Assembly (NCBI GenBank): GCA_051362555.1
Contig: CM120644.1
Span: 21,412,534-21,476,533 of the forward strand
DNA: 64,000 nt
Reading direction: 5' to 3'
Source of the DNA: Lingula anatina
Taxonomy: Eukaryota; Animalia; Brachiopoda
The position numbers were made by a program, and so were the translations under genes. The notes beneath the pieces are model-generated. The model had not been told where the DNA came from, made no database searches, and worked only from the letters and a program-made list of their open reading frames with translations. Below are positions 52,578-63,805 of the stretch, one piece after another. Each line of letters opens with the position of its first letter. The first letter of the stretch is position 1.

Positions 52578-55139
52578 TATTGTTGTTTTGATATTTTTTG
52601 CAGTGATGGCAGGAAGAGGTATGTGATATAGGAAATACTTGAAGTTGACAATGATGTTAGTAATGGGAGCAGGGTCAGTATATATTGATTAATTAATCAC
52701 ATGGAATTATTTTTCAGAGTAAACAAATGGTGATTTTTAATAAGGAAAATATACATATGCATTTTTTTAAGTATGGGAAATGTGCTTTTGGTTTTTGATA
52801 GAGTAATCGAGTGGCATTTAGTGTAATTTATGTAAAGACAATTGAATAATTTATTGATTTTTGATTATGAATAAATATTATTTTTCTAACAGAAAAAGAA
52901 GTAAATGTAAACTGACGGAGTATTTTTGTTATAATTATAACATTTATTTGTGCAGATGAGTTTTTTGTATATAGACATGATGTTTGTAATTTTTTTATTT
53001 ATATGTTTGTTTATTTTCTGGTTTTTTAGGAATGATTATCATTGCATGTAGAGGAAAAAGGATTGGTTAAATTACAAGTTTGTTAAATTATTTGGTGAGT
53101 ATTTTTTATGTAGTGGAAATGTAAGAATTTTTTATAATGGCAGACTTAGATGCAAAGATGATATTTATTTGTGTAGTGTATATTTTGTGGTAGATGTATA
53201 TGCTTATATAATATTTTCTTAGTAAATGGATTTTGGTACAGATGTGATTATATGTTGTAAGTATTTTAAAATGTATTTATAATTGATTTATTTTATTGTA
53301 TGTTTACAGGCACCTTTGGAAAATTCAAAAGGCTATAAGTTTTAACGAAATGGAAGAATATATGGACTTTTTGCATTATATTTGTGAGGTAAGAGATGAT
53401 TTCATTAATTAACTTATATTTGAAGAGAGAAATTTGTATATTTATTATATGGATTGAGTGTAGTAAATATGTAGTATGTTGCTTTTATAATCTAATTGTT
53501 AGCACTTATGTGATAAAAGATGGTATATTTTGATTTATTTATATTAATACTTATATTTTTGTTTTAGGCAATTGTGACGAAAGGAATTTGGAAGATTGGA
53601 TATAAAAAAACTTTGTATGTTAAGATGGATTGAATATTGTTTTCATGTTGTCAATTTGAATATTATGTTCTTAAGTAAGAAAATGATATTTTAAAGAAGT
53701 TTTTTAAGTTAATTTTTTGTGAATTCATTTAAATGTGTTGCTTTATTTGGTGATTTTGCTATAAATAATTTGGTAAGATGTGAGTAAAATGTGCATAATG
53801 TTGTATATAATGTTTATGGTATTATATGAAATTAGTTTTTAAAGCAGTGTGTATTAATCAATCTTTATTAATTGCTCTTATGATTAGAAAAATAGGAAAA
53901 TTGGAAATATAATTGATTATGTACTTTTAATGAAGTGACTTTTACATGGGTATTTGTGCAATTATAAATGATAGTTTATATCATAAAGAACATTGTTCAA
54001 GCTGTATTAATTGTTTTTAAGACTAGAAGAATAATAATGTCAAAACTGCAATAATATAATGTTCTTTAAATGAATTGAGTTTACCATGGATATTTGTATA
54101 ATTAAGATGGCAGTTTATGTCATAAAATAATTTTAATATGCAGTTAAGTGTGTTGCTATTATGAAGTTATATTGTCCAAAAGAAAATTTGTATATTTTTA
54201 GTTTTGGAAAGTGAATATTTGTTTCCAAAGAAAATTGATGTTAAAAATGTTGAACTACAAGATGACAAGTTGATATGATCAATTAAAAGGAAGCTCATTT
54301 AAAAAATGATTATTTGGTGCTGTCTGTGTTATGGGATATGTTTCATTTGTATTAAGCATAAGAAAGAAGTTATATGTATTTTATAATATTTTCTTTGTAA
54401 TATGAAATGAGTTGTTTTGTGATGTATTGAAATTATACAAAAATTTGAATTATAGTGCATTTTAAAGAGACAAGGTCTGAAGAAATAGTTACATTGAGTT
54501 ACATAAATAATTACTTCACAATGGCATATTTCTATGTTGAATAAATTTTATATAGGTTTAATTAAATACAAGGTTGCAATATGATTTTTAAAACAAGATT
54601 TTTTATTGAACTGAAATTATAATAAATATTATACCTTGAAATTGCATAAATCTGGTTTTTTTTTTTTAATTTTAATACTAACTCTCAGTGTATCATTGCT
54701 ATCTCATACCTGAGCGTTTAAAGTTACACCTTAAGAGCGTTGTTATAATTTTAGGTATATTTTGTCAAAAAACAATACTAATATAATATCTTTATCTCAG
54801 GTTATGTTTATTTGTCATAAAGTATTTTATTGTTTATAAATGAGAGTAAGTCATATATAATCATGCAACCACAACTAATGGTAATGTGTTTGATGTTTGT
54901 TGCATACATTTTATTGACTGTCACATTGTGTCTTTTGTGAAACATCTCAAAGTTTAATTTTCATATCAAACTGGGGAAATAATTTAACTGAAGTTCATTT
55001 ATGAGGTTAGTGAAAAAATGTACTTTAATATATACATAATTAAACTTACGCTTGCAGTATGATTGTGAATACAAGACTTAATTGAACTAAAACTATAATG
55101 AATGTAATAGGTTGAAACTGCATACAGAAGAAACAAATT

Positions 55140-55950
55140 GCAGAGGGTGGAGAGCAAGATGAAAAAACAGAGGGTGGACAGCCTGGTGAGGAGACAGAGA
55201 CAGAGGGTGGACAGCTTGGTGAGGAGACAGAGGGTGGACAGCCTGGTGAGGAGACAGAGGGTGGGCAGCCTGGTGAGGAGACAGAGGGTGGGCAGCCTGG
55301 TGAGCAGACAGAGACAGAGGGTGGACAGCCTGGTGAGGAGACAGAGGGTGGGCAGCCTGGTGAGGAGAGAGATGGTGGACAGCTTGGTGAGGAGACAGAG
55401 GGTGGGCAGCCTGGTGAGGAGACAGAGGGTGGACAGCCTGGTGAGGAGACAGAGACAGGGTGGACAGCCTGGTGAAGAGACGGAGGGTGGGCAGCCTGGT
55501 GAGGAGACAGAGACAGAGGGTGGGCAGCCTGGTGAGGAGACAGAGACAGAGGGTGGGCAGCCTGGTGAGGAGACAGAGACAGAGGCTGGGCAGCCTGGTG
55601 AGGAGACAGAGACAGAGGGTGGGCAGCCTGGTGAGGAGAGAGAGAGAGGGTGGGCAGCCTGGTGAGGAGACAGAGACAGAGGGTGGGCAGCCTGGTGAGG
55701 AGACAGAGACAGAGGGTGGGCAGCCTGGTGAGGAGACAGAGACAGAGGCTGGGCAGCCTGGTGAGGAGACAGAGACAGAGGGTGGGCAGCCTGGTGAGGA
55801 GACGGAGCTAGGGTGGACAGCCTGGTGAGGAGACAAGAGGGTGGACAGCCTGGTGAGGAGACAGAGACAGGGTGGACTGCCTGGTGAGGAGACAGAGGGT
55901 GGACTGCCTGGTGAGGAGACAGAGGGTGGACTGCCTGGTGAGGAGACAGA
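55140..55950. repeat. Expanded 21/27-bp G-rich minisatellite
   Basis: About 30 units of GAGGGTGG(A/G)CAGCCTGGTGAGGAGACA(GAGACA). Confidence 0.95.
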
Positions 55951-56039
55951 GAATGGGATACTCCCCACACCTATACAGCAGAAAACCAGATTTGGCACCA
56001 TATACAGATTCACAAGATGAACAGTTCCAGTAGCAATGT

Positions 56040-56330
56040 GAATTCATGGAAGATCTGAAAGCATGAAACAGAGTTTTTCCAAGTCTGGCAAACAAAAGAT
56101 GCTGCTGAGCCCTCAGACATAGGAGAGGATTGAAATAACAGTCAAGCCTTTTACTGAATCGGAAAATCCTGTCATTTTTCCAGAGTAAAGAAATTGGTTT
56201 TGTCCTCTCAGACCATTATAACCAAGATCCATTAGAACAATACTTCTCAATGCAAAGAAATGCTGGTGGTGCTAATGAAAATCCCAACATATCATCTTTC
56301 CACTTCAACACATCAGCCATTAAATATTGC
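56040..56330 (+). pseudogene. P-element/THAP9-like transposase C-terminal relic (copy B)
   Basis: MLLSPQT.ERIEITVK...NQDPLEQYFSMQRNAGGANENPN matches the QDxLExxFxxxRxxGGxxxNP catalytic-E motif. Confidence 0.85.
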
Positions 56331-56361
56331 AGAAATTGTTTGCCATGGCATCATTTAGAGG

Positions 56362-56589
56362 GAATTCACACCAGGAACTACCACATAGAATTCACACCAG
56401 GAACTACCACATAGAATTCACACCACCACATAGAATTCACACCAGGAACTACCACATAGAATTCACACCAGGAACTACCACATAGAATTCACACCAGGAA
56501 CTACCACATAGGATTCACACCAGGAACTACCACATAGGATTCACACCAGGAACTACCACATAGAATTCACACCAGGAACTACCACATAG
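56362..56589. repeat. 26-bp minisatellite, about 9 copies
   Basis: Unit GAATTCACACCAGGAACTACCACATA, contiguous with no spacers. Confidence 0.95.
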
Positions 56590-57173
56590 AGATTAATTGA
56601 TAACACACCTCTTCCAAAAAGACGCAAGGGGGAGACTGAGAGAGGGAGTGAGGGTGGTAGGTATAAATAAAGGGAATTTATATATGGTTGTGGTGGGGGT
56701 TATATAAGATGCACCTATATGATAAATCCTAAGCAGGGATTACTTTCAAGTATTTTATTTTTGTCATTGCAAGTTACAGTATTACTGTACTTTGCTGTCT
56801 TTGAGGAACCCTCTTTGTCTAGATATTAAGGCTGGCTATCATTATAAAAATGTGTCATTCTTTTTATATTTCAATAATCATATTCTTAAGATTAGGTTTC
56901 GGATGAAAACAGAAATACATTTTTATTTTGTTTGCCACATACTATAAGCTAAAGTTCTAAAAGTCATATTTCTCTTAAAGTTTAACTCCTTTTTGCCATT
57001 TTTTTATTATATGCAAATTTTATTTTTCATTCAAGCTCCAAAGAAATCTAAACGTTTTCAACATTTTCGACGCTTCCTATCCAGACTGGCATCTTGTTTC
57101 AGGAGGCAGAGTTAAGAAGAGATATTCTTCATTCAAGCCTCTATATGTTTTTGTCTTTGTAATTATAAATAAG

Positions 57174-57357
57174 AATAATGACATTGATATAATTTGTGAG
57201 TGTTTTTGCTTTCATATGGTGAGAGGGTTGTAAATAAAAATAATGACATTGATATAATTTGTGAGTGTTTTTGCTTTCATATGGTGAGAGGGTTGTAAAT
57301 AAAAATGATGACATTGATTTAATTTGTGAGTGTTTTTGCTTTCATATGGTGAGAGGG
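57174..57357. repeat. ~65-bp tandem repeat x3 (x2 in the paralog at 44632-44750)
   Basis: AATGACATTGATATAATTTGTGAGTGTTTTTGCTTTCATATGGTGAGAGGG recurs three times. Confidence 0.85.
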
Positions 57358-57517
57358 ATCACACTCCTGCTCATTACTAGTTCTGAAAATTGAAATATTT
57401 TTATCACTGCAAATCAATTTCAAATTTTCAGAAAATTTAAAGTTCTCAGATCTCTTTGAAAAACAAAACTGAAATGTAATAGTAACAGTTGTATATGTAC
57501 TCATTTGTTGAAGTCCA

Positions 57518-58040
57518 TTGCACATCCACAGAAACCTTCCAGTCAACACTACAGTTCAACATTACATTAAAACAAACAGCACTGGAAATTGGGGACAGTT
57601 ATCCAGTCAAAAGGCAACGAAGATGGTAGCTCTGGTGCTTTCTGATTTGGACCGGATCAACAATGAAGACAGAATTTTTGGTGTCCCCATCAATTACTTT
57701 CTTTAAGGGTAATACTTGCCAATGGATGTCATGCGAAACATCATGGAGGACACTTTGGAGAAGCTATTATGAAGAAGAGCTGGATGTTCCCATTGTAGCT
57801 TTTGATGCCACTTTCATGAAATTTTTCAACAGGGACAGTAATGACCAACCTAAGACATTTGTTCAGTTACAAAAAGACTTCTGGCAAGAGGTAAAATCTC
57901 TCTCTAAGGCCACCATGATAAAGGAATTCAAGGAACAGACAGAACCAGGTGAGTACATTGTGACCAAAGGTGGGAAGTTTACTGTTGCACTATGTGAGGG
58001 TATAAAGTTCCCAAAGACTTTTTTTGGGTGTGAGACATAG
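57518..58040 (+). pseudogene. Unidentified ~170-codon ORF relic (copy B)
   Basis: ORFs 57518-57706 and 57663-58040 join when a 4-nt insertion (~57704) relative to copy A is removed. Confidence 0.55.
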
Positions 58041-59118
58041 ACAGAATAGGCCACAACAGACTATATATTTACCTTGTTTGATATTTGACATTTACAACAA
58101 TTTATTTATGATAAACTGATTCTAACAAAGGGATGGCAGATTTCTTTGATAATTCCATAATATTTTGTTAAGCCAAAAATAATTGCCATTTCTAATTGGT
58201 GACACTTGATATTAAATTACCATTTCTTATTTAGGCCCCTGTTTTCTGGGTATTTCAGAACCATACTGAATTTTTTGAGGGGAAATCAGATTTAAGCAAG
58301 ACAACAACTCATAACATACCAGCAGATTGGCAAAGCAATTCAATTTGAAGGTAATAATATCAACTGGTTTAAAAAGCCACCAGAGAGAAGGGACCTTGAG
58401 CTTGAGCTCAAGCACCACCTCAAAAAAATTGAAGCAGACGACAAAAGATGAAGACTATTAAAAGACTATTAAAAGTCAACTGTCCAAAAAGAGTAAACTG
58501 GTGCTGAGAGGCACTGGCAGTTGAAGACAAATTTGAAGATGCTGTGTTTTCTGGTAAGCAACAATCCACAGATCTGCATTCAAAATCCAACATGTGTTGT
58601 TGTTTAAGATCCATTACCAGGTATTCCGCTCACTTTGTAAATCCATATACATTGGCATCTTTGTTGAAAAGGTATACAAACATTTACAATATTTTTTTTC
58701 TTGAATTTGCTTTTTGAGTTTAATAATGTTTTTTTAAATCTTATGTGCTCATTCACTTCAGATGAGTACACCATAGAAATGGACTCAAATGGTAGATATA
58801 TTTTACGGAAAGTGATACGAGATGAAAATGGAAACAACATTAGCCCGCCCCACCCACAAACCTAAACACCCATGTATGGGCAGGTGAGACGCTACAACTA
58901 GTGGATGTTGATGTGAAAAATGTGTTTACTTTTCTTGTAGAAATTTGATGAATTAATTAAAATTTAACATGTGTACATAAACAGTCCAGGAATAAAATCT
59001 AATCGGCCAGGACTGTGAGAACTAGGCCACTGTTAAACCAGTAATTAAGTTATTTACTTGACCATACATGTTTAGCTTTGTGTCACGCATCTTTCAATCT
59101 TGCTCTTGTGAATCTAGG

Positions 59119-59435
59119 AATTTTGAAAGACTTCCTCCTGCCCTTTCTCAGTGAAACTCTTGCTGAAGGCCACCATTTTTTCCAAGACAATGCCCCTACC
59201 CACACAAGCCGCTTGACCGAAGAATTTCTGCAAGAAAATGGCATTTACTGGACGAAGACACCCCTGAAAGCCCTGACGTTAACCCCATTGAACTGCTCTG
59301 GGCTGAGATGAAACACCACTTGAGAAAACACACCAAACCCAACAGAAAGGACGAGTTGGTTGCGGGCCTAAGAGACTTTTGAAGAACTGTGGACAGTGAA
59401 AAATGTAAGAAATACATCAGCCACGTAAGAAAAGT
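59119..59435 (+). pseudogene. Tc1-like DDE_3 transposase C-terminal relic (copy B)
   Basis: FFQDNAPTHTS and PESPD.NPIELLWAEMK. Paralog of 48730-49045. Confidence 0.88.
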
Positions 59436-59459
59436 ACACCTCCTGCCACCTTCTCTGCC

Positions 59460-60145
59460 ACCAGACACCCCCCCGCCACCACCACCACCAGACCACCCCC
59501 CCTGTCACCACCTCCACCACTAGACCGACCGCCCTTTCACCACCTCCACCACCAGACCACCCCCCCTGTCACCACCTCCACCACCAGACCACCCCCCCTG
59601 TCACCACCACCACCACCAGACCACCCCCCTGCCACCACCTCCACCACCAGACCACCCCCCCTGTCACCACCTCCACCACCAGACCCCCCCCTGTCACCAC
59701 CTCCACCACCAGACCACCCCCCCCGCCACCACCTCCACCACCAGACCCCCCCCTGTCACCACCTCCACCACCAGACCACCCCCCCTGTCACCACCACCAC
59801 CACCAGACCACCCCCCTGCCACCACCTCCACCACTAGACCGAGCCCCCCGCCACCACCTCCACCACCAGACCACCCCCCCCGCCACCACCTCCACCACCA
59901 GACCACCCCCCTGCCACCACCTCCACCACCAGACCACCCCCCCTGTCACCACCTCCACCACCAGACCACCCCCCTGCCACCACCTCCACCACTAGACCGA
60001 CCCCCCCGCCACCACCTCCACCACCAGACCACCCCCCCCCCGCCACCACCTCCACCACTAGACCGACCCCCCTGCCACCACCTTCACCACCAGATCGACC
60101 TCCCTGCCACCAACTCCACAACCAGACTGACCCCCCCTGCCACTG
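59460..60145. repeat. C-rich ~30-bp minisatellite (G-rich on the - strand)
   Basis: Units CCACCACCTCCACCACCAGACCACCCCCC(C)TG(T/C). Confidence 0.95.
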
Positions 60146-60174
60146 CCTACGGAACACCACCTCCTGCATCCCTT

Positions 60175-60610
60175 TTGAATTTAGACAGCCCCTTCCCATC
60201 TCCCCAACCTCCCCCTGCTTTTCCTAGCCTACCACCTTTCCCTGCATATCCCCAACCCCCATTTTTTAACATACAAGGAGCACACCCCCATGCCCCCTTC
60301 CCTTTCCCTCCACACTACCCGTACCCAGTCCCTGCCCCGGCTCGTTCTCAAGGCCACCCTTCCCAGACCCATCCGTTATTCCCCACTGAGTACGAGCTCC
60401 TTGTCCTGAAACAGAATTCCACGGGGGGCGACCAATTTTTGCATTAAGCTACTGGGGCAGCTCTTCAGCAGGGAGGAGAGAACGGACCCCACAAAGAACG
60501 CGGAAGGCTCGAAGAGAGGGGGCGACATGCGGAGTCCGTTGGATAGAAATAGAATCTAGTTCATACAGAAAGCTGTTAGTCGTTACTTTCCGGAGCAGCA
60601 TAGACTAACC
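60175..60610 (+). pseudogene. Proline-rich linker plus BEN domain relic
   Basis: After removing one G from the G6 run at 60423: ELLVLKQNSTGATNFCIKLLGQLFSREER...NAEG....SPLDRNRI*FIQKAVSRYFP. This fits the BEN pattern (F...LL..LF..EE...G.....LD..R+..I...V). Confidence 0.7.
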
Positions 60611-60716
60611 AAGAACTTTTTTTACCGAGTAAATCATAAAGAAGAAGACAAATCTGAATTTTAAGAGAAGTGTCAGCTGCACAAAAGTTACAAAATATAT
60701 GACATTTTATTTGTGC

Positions 60717-60898
60717 CAGGCCCGTAGCCAGGGAGTTCAGGGGTTTGAATGAACACACACCCTACCCTTTTTTTTTAGCTGGGAAAGGGTCCCTTCTGGG
60801 TGAAATTTTTTTATTTAGGTAAATGTAAGTTACACAGTAAAAAATCCATTTTTTTCAGAAAAAGAATCACCCTTTTGAAATTGCTGGCTGCAGACCTG
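60717..60898. mobile_element. MITE with CAGG termini
   Basis: CAGGCCCGTAGCCAG ... CTGGCTGCAGACCTG. Confidence 0.6.
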
Positions 60899-62559
60899 CA
60901 GTGTTTTAACTTTTCCAAAAGGCTGTTAACTAACCATCGTATATGCCATATTTATTCATTCCAACGAAACTTCGCTGTACTACAGCAGCACTATACTAAA
61001 AAGAGAGAAATGAGAGAATGTACTGAAAACCGCCAGAACACTGCGATGTTTAATATATGTAACTGTGCTGTTTAATAAGCATTTATTCAAACTTTTTAAG
61101 GTAAAAAATGTATGTGATTTCTTATTTCAGCATTCCCATCAGAATTTAAGTCTTAACTTTGCCCAGGTACATGTATTACTGTTTGCACGACAGTTAATCG
61201 CAAATTATCATCAGGACAGAGGCCTTTTTAGATAGAAAAATGTCCAATGCTTGGACACAAAAGCCAGTAGCAACTTTTTAAGCAGGATTGCATTTGTGGT
61301 TATCACCAGGTGGGTTAACCATTTTATTAGGTTTAGATTTCAGGTCATTTTTTACCTAAAAATTAAAGCTGGTCATATTAAAGCTGCACTTCTTTTCAAT
61401 TAATGAATGGTTTGAAATTTATTGTAGTTATTTTCTATTATTTTCCATGATATTTATCAAAATTGGAGCCATATCTTTTTTTTCCATCTTGTGTGACTAG
61501 TAACATATCCAACTATTAATTGATTTTCAGAAACCTAGCAGTTTGGATCCTACCAGTTCAGATGTCAGAGCTCAGGTTGTGAAAAGTTCAAGTTCAGCTG
61601 CTCTTGGGGTGAGGGGTTATAAGTATTCATTTTTGCTTTACATTCAATAGTCTTGTGAACGATTGCGTTTGTTGCTCTTTTGTTGTTATGTTATTGCACG
61701 CATTGCTTTAGTTGCGATTGCTTTCAGTTATAGATTATTATGGGATACGAATCAGTCCATGCTTCCACACTTTCCACGAGTTCCAAAGTAGTGCGAGTTT
61801 TTAGTTGTTTTACTGGTATTTGTAAACTCTATTTATTTAAACTTGTTAATTTAGTTCAACCATTTATAGTTTGCCTTTTAAGTAATTTTGCTTTGTTTTC
61901 TTACAGTTTTGACCGCTTCGCAAGAGTCGCTTCAAGCTACATGTACAACTGTGCAAGCCGCAAGTCAGGCTTTAAAGAGCAAGAAATAAAACAGAAGCGC
62001 GTTTACAAAAACTTTGGAACATTCTTTGTTTTTATTTTTATTTCAACAACAAGTCTGGTGATAGCTTAGTTTTGTCTTTATCGATACTGCATATGATAAA
62101 TGTTTTTCTTTCCCAAATAACTTATTGATTTAAAATTTTCATAGTGATTTTCTAATATTTTTAAGGTAAAATATTTAATTTGAGCCTTATCTATTTTCTA
62201 TCAAGTGAGGCTAACAAGTACATCCATTTTTTTTTTTTATTTTCAGAAACCTAGCAGTTTGGATCCTACCAGTTCAGATGTCAGAGCTCAGGTTGCGAAA
62301 AGTTCAATCCCAACTGCGATCGAAAGACTGTCAACAAACTCTTAATCAACGACCGGTAAAATTTCAACTGTTTCTGTTTGACATAAAATAATCTCAAGCA
62401 CTGTAATAAATTTGCTGAGCCTTGCAAATATTTTTTGTTTGTTAACTGATTTACGATTATCATAGATATGTATTCCTAGAAATTTCAAATATCTATCAAA
62501 GTAGGAATTTTCCTTGAAATGTACAACATTTTCTAAGGTCTTTTTAACAGTATATCTGT

Positions 62560-62830
62560 AGGCCTTCTCCATCCACACCACTGAGAGAGTGGTGCGGGCA
62601 CTGCAGTGTCAGCATAGCCAGCCAGCATTCCTAGGAGGGTTCACCTCTAAGGCCCAGCCCCTTGAAGTATCTTTGAACAAGCCGTTCAAAGGCCATCTTA
62701 GGAGGCTGTGGTCTGAGAGGATGCGTGAAGATGTCGCAGCTACAGAAGAGAACACTGACAAGTTGAAGACTGCTAGTAAGCAAGAGATAGTTGATTGGAT
62801 CAAGGCTGCCTGGGACCATGTCCCCACAAC
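62560..62830 (+). pseudogene. pogo-type DDE_1 transposase C-terminal relic
   Basis: AFSIHTTERV...GGFTSKAQPLEVSLNKPFKGHLRRLW...SKQEIVDWIKAAWD. Confidence 0.85.
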
Positions 62831-63439
62831 CAGTGCCAGACAGCAATGTACTGATGCCATACAGTAACAGCGATGGAGAGGATTTAATGGGTTTTCTTCC
62901 AGATGATCCTTTTCAGGCATTTTTTATACGTAACATTGGACAAGTTTGAATTTAAAATATTTTTTTAAATAATAAAATATTTTTTGAGTGAGGAGGAAAC
63001 ATTAGGAACTGAATACAGACTTTGGTACAGTGGACAGTCCTTGGAAAGTGTGAAAAAGTCATGTGTCTGTAGTACATGTGGTGGCAATGTTATTTTAGTT
63101 AATTGAAAGTAAAGAAAAACAACAAGGTTGGGCCAGTCAAATGTGGTGGCTTTGTTATGTTTGCAACGGCATTCCAGAAGAGGACTGGACCTCTACTTCA
63201 AGAAAAACAGGACAATTTTTTTAAGTGAACAAGGCCAGCTAGTGTACTGGGAATGCACATAATAGAAGTTCATATACCTCTGCAGAGAAAGTGGTTACCT
63301 GTCCATGCCGCCACCAGTATGTAGTCATAGCTGGATGGAGCATACACAAGCCTTGGGAGACAAGTCTTGAGAACTGGCAGGTGATAACATGATGGCTGCT
63401 GCTATTTGTGTGACGAAGCTTCTTCGGGGAAGTGATGTA

Positions 63440-63805
63440 TGTAGACATTGACAAGATTGTAGACTGTGGTATAACAATTGATGGCTCTTGGCAGACAAGG
63501 AGCAATTAGAAACATGGATTTGTGGCCGCAATCTCAGTAGACACTGGCAAAGTGCTAGACATGCTTTACATGTGTAGGACCTGCAGGATTTGTGGTATTT
63601 CAACAGCAAACTGCACACCGCCCTGGATGAAATGGAATTTCACATAAAACATTTTTCTCAGTGCCCTCAATCCAAGACAGAATGGGCACAAGCCATGGAA
63701 GCAGAGGGTGTGACTTATACAGCAGCTAGATCAAAGGAGCTCCATGGACTTAGATACAATCCCTTCATGGGTGATGAGGACAGTTTGGAATTCTGGCGAG
63801 TACAG
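63440..63805 (+). pseudogene. Kolobok-type (Mutator-like fold) DDE transposase relic
   Basis: CGITIDGSWQTR...HGFVAAISVDTGKVLD and AMEAEGV...ARSKELHGLRYNPFMGDEDS match the DGSW..RG / ME..G...RS...LRY...GDGDS motifs. Confidence 0.8.

Larger units (their letters stand above)
55128..61605 (+). repeat. Segmental duplication copy B
   Basis: See copy A. Copy B has two extra segments, 56272-57037 and 59460-61497. Confidence 0.9.

Noticed and set aside
50740-54660. Mitochondrial insertion (NUMT) as the cause of the G/T-rich strand
   Set aside because: No recognisable mitochondrial gene, rRNA or tRNA, and the tract contains nuclear repeats and splice-like signals.
54999-56013. Long ORFs of 323 and 306 aa (- strand) and 175 aa (+ strand)
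   Set aside because: They are open only because they run through a stop-free minisatellite, and indels between units shift the frame.
56362-56589. CRISPR-like 26-bp repeats
   Set aside because: The units are contiguous with no unique spacers, there are no cas genes, and the context is eukaryotic.
59694-60199. Gly/Val-rich minus-strand ORFs
   Set aside because: They are antisense translations of the C-rich minisatellite.
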